Of a stretch of DNA of 64,000 bases, positions 10,101 through 22,100 are shown piece by piece; position 1 is the first letter of the stretch; the number at the start of each line of letters is the position of its first letter. This DNA is from Mobula birostris (Eukaryota). Where the stretch lies: the NCBI RefSeq assembly GCF_030028105.1, contig NW_027278339.1, positions 62,001 to 126,000 on the forward strand. The letters are read 5' to 3'. The notes below the pieces were generated by a model, which saw only the letters and a program-made list of their open reading frames with translations, had not been told where the DNA came from and ran no database searches. Made by a program: the position numbers and the translations under genes.

Positions 10101-13100
10101 TTTAACCCTATTTGGTCCTACACTCAGTCTAGTCATCCACCTGTTCACGTAAGTATAGAATGCTTTGGGGCTTTCCTTAACCCTACTCACCTAGGCCTTC
10201 TCATGTCCCCTTCTAGTTCTCCTAAGATCATTTTTAAGTTCCCTCCTGGCTACTTTTTAACTCTAGAGCCCTTTCTGGTCCTTGCTTCCTAAACCTTAAG
10301 TAAGCTTCTTTCTTCATCTTGATGAGGTGCTTCACATCTTTTGGCAATCGTGATTTCTTCACCCTATCATCCTTTCCTTAGTTTGATGAGACCCACCTAT
10401 CTAGAACCCAATGCAAATGCTCGCTAAACAACTCTGCATTTCCATTGTGCATTTCCCTGCTCACATAAATAACATCGTAATTGCCCCTCCCCGAATTAAA
10501 TACTTCCCCATACTGTGTGCTCCTAACCCTATCCAAGGTTATGGTAAAGGTTAGGGGAATGGGAAATCAGAGTACGAGAGACAGACAAACAGATGGAGAA
10601 TATCCAAGAGAGAGACGGACAGAGAGGGACAGGCAGACAGATGGGGAATATCAGAGAGAGAGAGAGATAAAGAGTATCAGAGGGACAGGTAGATAGATGG
10701 GGAATATCACAGAGAGAGAGAGACGAAGATAGGAAGTATCGGAGAGAGTGACAGACAAACATGGGGAAAATCAGAGAGAGATGGAGAAAGTCATAGACGG
10801 AGAGTATGAGAGAGAGACGGAGATGGGGAGTATCAGAGACAGAGATGTGCCTCATCTATGGAGATGAGGAGTATCGGAGAGAGATGGAGATGGAAAGAGA
10901 GATGGGGAGTGTTGGAGAGAGAAACTGTCGGAGACAGAGATAGGGAGCATTAGTGGGGGAGATAACATTAGGGAATATCAGAGAAAGGAGGAGAGAGAGG
11001 TATGGGCAATATCAAAGAGACAGGAAAATATATGAGAGGGGAAATACTGAGTGAAGTCCCCATTCCTGTTCCAGAGAAGGTGATCCTCAGTAACTGCAGC
11101 GGCAGAGTAAGGCTTCCTCCTCATCCCATCCTAGTGTCGGCGAAGGATGGATTTGGCAGCTACAGGGTTAACCCTGGCTGAGCCCCTCCCCCTCCCTGTC
11201 TCTCTAAGCCGCACTGCCTTCCTTCGTCATGGCGGGCAGAGCAGAAGAGAGCCTCTGCAGCGTTAAATAATAGAGCGGTGTCGGGCTAGGAGCCTGCCCA
11301 TCCGGGTAGCAGGTGAGGCCATCCATGGGTGCACGGTCCCCTTCCCTCCCCACCCCTGCCCTCCCCCATCCCCTAAAGCCCACACAGCTTACAAAACCCT
11401 CACCGCACAGTGGGCAGATGAATGGGGGAAAGGACAGAATAGGAGCCTCCTGCTGAGCCTGGTGCTGCCAGCGCTCGCACTCTCTCTCTCTCTCTCCTTG
11501 TTTCTCCCTCCAACTCTGTTTTCTTCCTGATTCTTCCTCCCACCTCCCATCTCTGTCCTCACCACCACCCTGTCCTGTCCCATCCAGACCATTCCCCGTT
11601 CTCCATGTCACCCCCTTCCCCTCCCCCTCCCCCTCCCCCTCCCCATCCCCTCTGTCCTTCCCCCCTTTCCTGTCTTCCACTCCTCTCTTTCTGTCCTTGT
11701 CCTTTAACCTCTCACCCATGCCCTCTGTCCTTCCACCTCCCAATGTCCTATTCCCCGTTCCTTCTCCCCTCCCACTACCCTTCCCTCCTTCCTGTGCCCC
11801 TCCATCTTCCCCTCTCCCTCCCTCCCCATTCCCCCTCCCTCTCCATTTACCCCCCCTCCCCATTCCCCTCCCCTTTCCTGATTCCCCCTCCACCCACCCC
11901 CTCCACTCTACCCTCCAACCCATCCCCCACTCCCTCCGCCCCTCCACCCCCACCTTCTCCCCCTCTACCCATCCCCATCCACCCTACCCTCCCCCTCCCC
12001 CTCTCCTCCCTCCCCTCCCCCTCTCCTCCCTCCCCTCCCCCTCTCCTCCCTCCCCTCCCCCTCTCCTTCCTCCCCTCCCCCCCTCTCTCCCCTCCCCCCC
12101 TCTCCCCCCTCCACCCTCCCTCCCCCCTCCCTCTCTCCGCTCTCCCCCTCCCTCTCTCCCCTCTCCCCCTCCCCTCCTCCCCCTCCCCTTCCCTCTCCCC
12201 CTCTCCTCCTCCCCCCTCTCCCACCTCCCCTCCCCCCTGAGGACAGGGTGGGCAATGGTGTGGAAATCTGAATACTAATGTGGTTTCCATGGGGAGGTGG
12301 ACGGGGATTAAGATTTGGACTATCAGCGTATGTGCATTTGTGTCTGTGTGACAAAGTGGGAGGGAGCGGGAGGGAATGAGTGTGTGTGATATGTGTATGT
12401 GTGGGAAAGAGGTGATGGGTGTGTGGGAGAAAGAGATGTGACTGTGTGTATATGTGATCATGCACGAGAGTCAAAATCTCAACATTACTGAACCTGTACA
12501 TCTCAGGACTGTAATGAGGTCTGTATTTCAGGAACATAACAGGGATCTGTATAACTCAGGAGTGTGCCAAGAGTTTGAGTATCTCGGGACTGTAACACTC
12601 TGTGTATCTGAGGAGTGTGACAGGGTCTGTGTATCCCAGGAATGTAACAGGGTCTGTGTATCTGAGGAATGTAACAGGGTCTGTATATCTCGGGAGTGTG
12701 ACAGGGTCTGTGTATCTGAGGAATGTAACAGGGTCTGTGTATCTTGGGAGTGTAACGGAGTCTCTATCTCAGGAGCGTGACGGGGGTCTGCGTATGTCTC
12801 CGGAGTCTATTATCTCCCTGCCGCAGGAGCTGGAGGGGTCGGGGTTTGAATTTGCCTAGATCATGCCATTGACCTAGGTAACCCCCTTAATCTGGCTCTG
12901 CTCTCCCCGACAGAGAACAAAAGCACCCCGCCATGGAGAACGAGCCTGGCGCAGAGTGCGATCCCAGTGCCCTTCCACCCCAGCAGCTGAGTGAAGAGGG
13001 CCTCCCCGAGGGAGACAAGAGAGAGGTAAGGAGGGGGAGCAGCGGGGAGGGCTGTCTGAGGTACGGGCTTGAGGAGATGGGGGTGGGGTCAAAGGTTATG

Positions 13101-16100
13101 GGTGGGTGGGGCGTCATCGTATGTGGGTGGAGGAGTGGGGGTTGGTAGTTAGTGTGGGTGGGTCCAGCAGGCACTGGGTTAATACTGGGTGGGAGGTGGG
13201 TGCCATGCTTCCCCCTCCCCTCCCCTCCACCCAGCTTCCCTCCCCTCCCCTCTCCAAGAGACCTGGTCGTCACAGGTCAGGGAAGGGTTCATGAACTCCA
13301 GTACTTACTTCCAGACCAGTGGTGGTGAGCTCAGAGAGTCTCTCCCACCATTCCTGGGTCATCGGGAGGCTCCTGACGAGCCCCCCTCCCCTGCCCTGTC
13401 CTTAAATCCCCTTCCACTCTCCTCTGTCTCTGCATTCCCCCCCCCGCAACCCTCTACATTCCCTTCATCCCCTGTCCGCGTTTACATCCCCTTCATCTCT
13501 GTCCCCATCTTCATCCCCTTCATCCCCGTCCCCATCTCCGTCTACAACCACTTCATCCCCCGTCCCACTCCACACCCCCTTCATCACCCGTCCCCGTTCC
13601 CATCTTCATCCCCGTCCCCGTCTACACCCCCTTCATCCCCGTCCCCGTCTACATCCACTTCATCCCCGTCCCCACCCCCTTAATCCCCGTCCCTATCTAC
13701 AGCCCCTTCATCCCCGTCCCCGTCTACACCCCCTTCATCCCCTTCATCCCCTTCCCCATCTCCGTCTACAACCACTTCATCCCCCGTCCCACTCCACACC
13801 CCCTTCATCACCCGTCCCTGTTCCCATCTTCATCCCCGTCCCCGTCTACACCCCCTTCATCCCCGTCCCCGTCTACATCCACTTCATCCCCGTCCCCACC
13901 CCCTTAATCCCCGTCCCTATCTACAGCCCCTTCATCCCTGTCCCCGTCTACACCCCCTTAATCCCCGTACCTATCTACAGCCCCTTCATCCCTGTCCCCG
14001 TCTACACCCCCTTCATCCCCTTCCCCATCTCCGTCTACAACCACTTCATCCCCCGTCCCACTCCACACCCCCTTCATCACCCGTCCCCGTTCCCATCTTT
14101 ATCCCCTTTATGCCCATCTTCATCCTCTTCATCCCCGTCCCTGTCTACACCCCCTTCATCCCCGTCCCCACCCCCTTCATCCCCGTCCCCACCCCCTTCA
14201 TCCCCGTCCCCGTCTACACCCCCTTCATCCCCCGTCTACGCCCCCTGAATCCCCATCCCTGTCTACACCCCCTTCATCCCCTTCTTCATCCCCGTCCCCA
14301 TCACCGTCTACAACCACTTCATCCCCTGACCCCCTCCACACCCCCTTCATCATCCGTCCCCGTTCCCATCTTCATCCCCATCCCCGTCCCCGTCTACACC
14401 CCCTTCATCCCCGTCCCCATCTACAACCCCCTGAATCCCCGTCCCCGTCTACACCGCCTTCATCCCCGTCCCCTTCTACACCCCCTGAATCCCCATCCCC
14501 ATCTTCATCCCCGTCCCCATCTTCATCCCCCCTCGCCATCTTCATCCCCCGTCCCCATCTACACCCCCTTCATCCCCGTCCCCATCTTCATCCCCCCTCG
14601 CCATCTTCATTCCCCGTCCCCGTCGACACCCCCTTCATCCTCTGTCCCCACCCCCTTCATCCCCTGTCCCCGTCTACATCTACGTCCCCGTCTACGCCCC
14701 CGTCCCCGTCTACACCCCCTTCATCCCCGTCCCCGTCTACATCCCCTTCATCCCCGTCCCCACCCCCTTCATCCCCGTCCCCATCTACATCCCCTTCATC
14801 CCCGTTCCCGTCTACACCCCCCTTCATCCCCGTCCCCGTCTACTCCCCCTTCATCCCCGTCCCCGTCTACATCCCCTTCATCCCCCGTCTACACCCTCTT
14901 CATCTCTCCATCTCTCCCCACTCTCCTCGATCATCTCCCCTGTCGTTACCATCTCACTATCAGCTAACTCTTACCTATTCCCGCTCCATCACCTGGGCCT
15001 CTCCCTGCCCTTGTGCTTGCCTCTTCCACACAGTAATTCAACTGCGGGGAGCGGTCATTTCAACCCTCCCCCCCCCCCCCCCCCGACACCCCATCTCCTT
15101 CCTTCCCCTTGTCTCAACCAGGTCCGGGGTGGTGAGGAGGGCTTCTGGGTGCTGGCTGGCTGGTCCATCTCTGGCCTGGGACGGTGGTGGGGTGGGGCCA
15201 GGTGGCGGAGGGGTGGAGGGGGTTTGGGGAAGGATGGGAGGTGCAGGGGAGGGGGAGGAGGTGCTGAGCTGATGTGTTGAGTGGGGCTCCTTCAGCTCCA
15301 GAGTGAACCTGTCAACCATGCTGTGTATGCTGTTACCACAATAGCCCCAGATAAGCCCCATGACTACTCCACTGACCATCCTGTTGGACTTGGGCCTAGT
15401 CAGAGCAAAAAGCCTCCGGCACGTGCACAGCGAGAGAGAGGGAGAGAAAGAAAGATGGTGAGAGAGAGAGAGAGTGAGAGAGAGAAAAGGGGGTGTGCGT
15501 GTGCATTCCCCCTGATTCCACCCACACCCCCTCACCCCTGCCCCCCCAGCCCCGCAATAAGCAACACACTGGCCAAGAAGGCCCTCCCACCAGCACCCAG
15601 GAGGAGGAAGGGGGTCAGTCGACGCATCAGAAGCTGTTCGAGAAACCACTCGCCTTCCAGGGGAGGGAACAGACACTGGCCGATGGTCACACGTTGTGGC
15701 AATCTGCCTCTGTGCCTGCGTCGGAGACAGAAACTTCGCTGCCTTCTCCAGCTCCCGGCATCCCACTGCTCGAAGAAGTAGCCGTCCTCCTAAGGAGGAA
15801 GAAGACACTGGCAGATGGTCACACGTTGTGGTGGTCTGCCTTTGTGAGTGCATCAGAGAGAGAGAGAGAGACAAAGATTCTGCCAACTTCTCCAGCCTCC
15901 CCCTGCAGCCCCTTCACCCGCCAGTCGCCTTCCCGGGGAGGGAGCAGACAGATGGTCACACGTTTTTGCAGATTGTGTTCGTGTGCTGATCAGAGACAGA
16001 CTCCACCATCTTCTCCAGCTCCTTCCACCCCACTGCTCGAAGACCAGCCATTTTCTCAAGGAAGGGAGAAGACACCGGCGGATGGTCACACGTTGTGGCG

Positions 16101-19100
16101 ATCTGCTTTTGTGTGTGCACCAGCGACAGAGACTCCCCACCCTCCCTCCAGCCACTGCTCGAAGACCAGCCACCTTCCTGGGGAGGAGGCGGACGGATAG
16201 ATGCACGTTGTGGTGGTGGTGGTCCATTTGTGTGTACGTCATGAAAAGACAGAGACCCCACCATCTTCTCCAGCCTCCCTCCATCCCATTGCTCGGAGAA
16301 TCAACTGTATCCCCTCAGAGGGAGTGGATGGTCACACACTGTGGCAGTCTGCGTCAGAGAGAGACAAGGCTCCGTCACCATCTCCAGCCTCTCCCTGTAC
16401 TCCCTCCATACACTGCTCAAAGAACAAGCCATCTTCCTGGGAAGGGAACAGACTGGCGGACACACGTTGTGGTGGTCTGCCTTTGTGTGTGCATCATGGA
16501 GAGGCAGAGGCTTCCACCTTCTCCAGCCTCCCGCTGCTCAAGGAACTGGCTGTATTCCCGGGGAGGCAGCGGATGATCACAGGTTGTGGCGATCTCCGTC
16601 ATCAACTTCGGCAGAGCGAACTGGGATGCAGGAGGCGCACAGACTGGCAGCTTTTCGAACTGTCGGCGAGGGGAGATGGCTTCGGTGACCGTCTCCTGGT
16701 CCACGGCCCTGTCTTCCTGCCCCGCTCGCACACTGCAACCGTGCGGTGGGGACAGGAGGAATCCCACCAGCGAGGATTGCTGCCCCTGAGCCACGAGCCG
16801 GCAGGCAAAGAGGAAAGCTGCCACACACAGAGTCGCAAGGACAGAGGCTTCCTCCAGTCGGTGAGAGAGATGGACGCAGAGAGAGCAAGAGGGGTGGGGG
16901 GGGTGCCGCAGTCTACACTGACTAACAGACTGACCACCGACCCCCACCTCCAACCAGGAGCCCCCTCCTTCACATCTCCGTCTTTTCCGAGGGAGGCACT
17001 ACCATGGACTCCATCCTGGCCGTTTCAGCCTTCTCAGCCGAATACAAAATTGTGGGACTTTTCAGCAAAAGAAGCGAAGCATTTGGCTGCTCCACCCTCC
17101 CTTCTCCCCACACAGCCCCGTCTCACCCACCTCCTCCTCCTCCGGCCGGAGACTGGACTGGGCACCGAGACTCTCGCTCACCGGAACTGACTCTTTTTCT
17201 CGAGAATGCGTGTGTCACCCTCCCTCACGGAGCGTTAAAACTCACATCTCACTGCACCACTTATCAGTGGGGGCCCCACTCTGTTTGGACTGTTGCCTAT
17301 ACACAGTACACAGGAGTGCGACTGAGTGCCAGCTCAAGGCATTGCACTGAAGACCAGGTGTGAAAGGGTACCTGGAACATTTGTCATTTCATAAGTTCTT
17401 TCTCTTTGATTTTAATCTGTATTTAAAAGCTTATTTTCCATGTTATATCTTAAAGACAAGTAATTCAGCAAAGATTTTAATTTCTTTATTTTATGCCAGA
17501 GAGGCAAAGAAACACCTTATAGTAATTTTTTTTTGTTAAAACAATGGAACGTTTGTTAGTTTAACAGCTGAATGGGCTGGGGTTTTGATGTAAGGGGTGG
17601 TCATGGATGAGGGATTTGGTGTTAGCAGGATGTGGGGGGGTGGTGGTGTTAGGAACTTGGTTGTGGGGTTGGGGAGGTGGGGTCTTGGGGGAGAGAACGG
17701 CACTGGCCCCCTTGTTCCTGGAGGGAGAAGGGTGGGGGAAAGGGGGAGAGAATCATTATTGAGCAAATTAAAGTACAATTTCATAAATGGTCGGCATTCA
17801 CAGGGGATGGAGTTTGGAGGGAATACGGGGCAGGGAGCTGGGGTGAGGGGCTCCCCAGGCTCCGAGGCTCCTCTCCCCTCCCAGAGGAGTGGGGGGGGGG
17901 GTGGTGATCCCTCGAGGAGGGGTGGGGGAGATTAGCAGAGGCTACACCGGGTGTACAGGGAACCAGTGTCGTTCTCCCCCTGGCCAGGGCATTTGAGGGT
18001 GGGGGGGCTGGAGGGTGGGGGTCCGCGAGAAGGGCAGGGGGAGGATGCTGAGGCTGAGCACTAAGCCAGCCTGCCCCTCCCCATGGCCTCACGCACCGTT
18101 CCCCTCCCCCTCCCCTCGGGGGTCTTCTTTCTGTTGCAGAGCACAGTGCCAAAGGCCTTCAAGAGGAAGATCTCGGTGGTTTGTGAGTACCTCGCGTTGT
18201 CTGCTGTCTGTCCTCAACCTCCACCTCATTGTAGCTGAGGCCTCCCAGTCCCACCCAGAGTCTCATCGAGGGGAGGGAGCCGGTTCAGTCTGGGTCCAAG
18301 AAGTGGCAGGTCAAGTGATACTGGGGAAAGGGTTTCAGTGTGACGGGATGTTTTGGAGAGAACTTTATTCTGTGTCTAACCGCAGGAGTGCATGATGGGA
18401 CGGTGTGAGGGAGCTTCACTCTGTTTCTAACTCTAGGATTGTGTGCTGGGACGATGGGGAGGGAGTTTCACTCTGTGTCTGACCCTGGGAGTGTGTGATG
18501 GGACGGTGTGGAGGGAGCTTCACTCTCTGTCCGACCCCGGGAGTGTGTGATGGGACGGTGTGGAGGGAGCTTCACTCTCTGTCTGACCCCGGGAGTGTGT
18601 GATGGGACGGTGTGGAGGGAGATTCACTGTGTATGTGACCCCGGGATTGTGTGATGGGATGATGTGGAGGGAGTTTCACTCTCTGTCCGACCCCGGGAGT
18701 GTGTGATGGGACGGTGTGGAGGGAGCTTCACTCTCTGTCTGACCCCGGGAGTGTGTGATGGGACGGTGTGGAGGGAGATTCACTGTGTATGTGACCCCGG
18801 GATTGTGTGATGGGATGATGTGGAGGGAGTTTCACTCTGTGTCTGACCCCAGGAGTGTGTGATGGGACGGTGTGGAGGGAGCTTCACTCTGTGTCTGACC
18901 CTGGGAGTGTGTGATGGGACAGTGTGGAGGGAGCTTCACTCTGTGTCTGACCCTGGGAGTGTGTGATGGGACGGTGTGGAGGGAGCTTCACTCTGTGTCT
19001 GACCCCGGGAGTGTGTGATGGGACAGTGTGGAGGGAGTTTCACTCTGTGTCTGACCCTGGGAGTGTGTGATGGGACGGTGTGGAGGGAGCCTCATTAGTG

Positions 19101-22100
19101 GCACTCTAGTGAATGCTAGTGCTGTTGGGGAGGATTTCAACTAATATGGTAGGAGAACAGGAATCTCTGCAGAAAGTATGCTAATAGAGTGGAATACAGA
19201 CAAAGGACAGAAAGATTACTGGGTTATAAAAGGACAATGAGTGTAGGTGCGCTCATAGTATTTGAAACAAAGGTCAGTCAGCCCAGCGGTAGAAAGGAGT
19301 AGAACTCATTGGCCCTTTCAAAAAGTATGGTTGCAGGGTGTGGCGGTTTGGAAATTAAATGTTCGAGAGCATCAGGTAAGGGAGGTGGGAGAGTGTTCCT
19401 AACTAATGATGAGACCAGGACTGTCGAGAGAGACGATGTGAGATCCAGCGAGCAGGATGTTTGGTAGAGACGAGGAATGGGAAAAAGGAGGGTAATCACT
19501 GGGGAGAGTGTGAAAAGGGTCACCGAATGAGAATCAGTTTATTATCACTGCTGTATGTGGGGCAAGTTATTTCGTGGCAGTGGCATGGTGCAATAGATTT
19601 AAAAAATTTTGGTGTGTTACAATAAGGAAAAGTGCAAACGAGGAATAGCGAGGTTCATGGAACAATGGGAAATCATTACAGTGATCCAGGCAATAAACCT
19701 GGAAATGCGATGCATTTACAAGTGGAACGGCAGTTGTCATGGTGACTTTAACTTACACATAGATTGAGCAAATCAAGTTGTTCACAACAATCTTACGGAG
19801 AACCTCACGAAATGTAATAACTTTCTTGATCAGCAGTGTTACTGAACCTACAGGGGAAAATGTTATCCTAGATCTGGCTTGTGCAATGACACAGGTTAAA
19901 TTAATCTTGTCATTAGGTTTCCTTTTGGAAAAAGCATCCAAGTGTGACTGAATTTCTCGCACAATGGGAGGATGCGATACCTTAACCTTCAACCAGTGTA
20001 TTATATCTAAAGAAGCGAGACTGCAACAAGATGAGGGAGGATCTAGCTAGCCTAGACTGCGAACACAGACCATGTGATTGGACAATTGAGGAACAGTGGA
20101 AGACGTTCTAAGACCGTTTCCCAACTGGGGTGGGGGGTGGGGGTCCATGGCATAAAAAAAGCTGAGGAACCTCTTTTATAAGAGATTTTTCACAGTGCTC
20201 AACAAAAGTATGTGCCAGCTAAAAGCAAGGACAGTCGGGATTTAGAGAACCCTCGTTCACTCAGGAAATAAAGGAAAGCATCAAATTAGAAGCATACAAA
20301 GTCACCGAGGGTAGCGGGAACCTGGAAGACTGGGGAAACTTGAAGTAATAAAGAAGTGGAAAATAGATTACGAAAGAAAATAAGTCTGAGATCTAAAAAG
20401 AATAACAATTTCTATAATTATAAAAAGCAGATAAGGGTGATTAAACTGAACATAGGTCCCTTGGGGGATGAGAAGAGGGTTTAATATGGGTCATGTGGAA
20501 ATGGCTGAGGAACAAGGGTGGGAGCTTCAGTACATGGAAATACAATGTTGTGGCCATTACAGAGACTTGGCTCTCACGAGGGCAGGAATGGCTGCTGGAT
20601 TTTTTGAGGTTTAGATGTTTCAAAAGGGATGGAGAGGGAGCTAAAAGAGGTGGAGGAGTGGTATTGCTAATCAGGGATAGTATCACAGCTGCAGAAAGGG
20701 AGGACGTCAGCTGAGTCAGTGTGGGAGGAAGACAATAAGACATGGAATTAGACTATTCACCCTATTGAGTCTGTCTGCCATTCCATCCTGGCTGATTTAT
20801 TAGTTCCCCTCAATCCCTTCTCCCTGTAACCTTTGACACCTGACTAATCAAGAACCTATCAACCTCCACTTTAAAAATACTCAATGACTTGTTCTCCACA
20901 GCCACCTGTGAAAATGAATTCCAGCAATTCATGACCTGGCTAAGGAAATTCCTCCCCATCTCTGTTCTTAATGGACATCCTTCTAGTTTGAGGCTGTGCC
21001 CTCTGGTCCTAGACTCTCCCAATACCTTAAAGCCGCTAGTCCTCTTCAAATGTATGCGAACCTTGCAATTGCCGCCTTTACCACTAATTCAACCTGCAAG
21101 TTAATCTTCCAGAAACCCTACACAAGGACTCCCTAGTCCATTTACACCTCTGATTTTTGAATTTTCTTTTCATTTAAAAAATATTCTACTCCTTATTCCT
21201 TCTGCCACTTCTGCCCGTTCTGCCCATTCTTCCAACTTGTCTGAATCTATCTGTAGACTCCCTGCTTCCTCAACACAATTTATCCCTCCATCTATCTTCA
21301 TACCATCCACAGACTTGGCCAATTATGTCATCAAAGTCATTGATATACAGTGCCTATAAAGTATTCACCCCCTTTGAAAGTTTACATGTTTTATTGTTTT
21401 ACAACATTAAATCACAGTAGATTTAATTTGGGTTTTTTGAAACTGATCAATAGAAAAATACTCTTTCACATCAAAGTGAAAGTAGATTTCTACAAAGTTA
21501 TCTAAAATATTCACAAATATAAAACACAAAATAATTGGGTAAGTATTCACTCCTTTCAAGTCAGTATTTAGTAGATGTACCTTTGGCAGCAATTACAGCC
21601 TTGAGTCTCTATAGATAGGTCTCTATCAGCTTTGCACATCTGGACACTTCAATTCTTCCTCATTCTTCTTTACAAAACTGCTCAAGCTCTGTCAGATTAC
21701 ATGGGGAACATGAATGAGCAGCCTTTTTCAAGTCCAGACACAAATTGAGTTCTGAACTCTGACTTGGCCACTCAAGGACATCAACTGTTCTGTTTTTAAA
21801 GCATTCCTGTGTAGCTTTGGCTCTATGCTGGGGGTCATTGTCTTGCTGGAAACCGAATCTTCTCCCAAGTTGCAGTTCTCTTGCAGACTGCATCAGGATT
21901 TCCCTGTATTTTGCTGCATTCATTTTACCCTCTACCTTCACAAGCCTTCCAGGGCCTGCTGCAGTGAAGCATCCCCACAGCATGAGAAAGCCACCACCAT
22001 GCTTCACGGTAGGGATGGTGTGTTTTTGATGATGTGCAGTGTTCGGCTAATGCTAAACATAGCATTTAGGCTGATGGCCAGAAAGCTCGATTTTGGTTTC

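Noticed and set aside
11075-11106. Possible 32-nt microexon (ccag|AGAAGG...GCAGA|gtaagg)
   Set aside because: Not frame-preserving and no homology recognised; cannot be supported without RNA data.
11204-12537. Gly-rich and Pro-rich ORFs
   Set aside because: Low-complexity polypyrimidine/polypurine tract.
15640-16610. Repeat-spacer pattern resembling CRISPR or a coding repeat protein
   Set aside because: The linkers are homologous to each other, and the frame shifts between units.
16201-17190. 329-aa ORF as an independent gene
   Set aside because: Starts inside the diverged repeat with no recognisable domain; a different frame fits the splice signals better.
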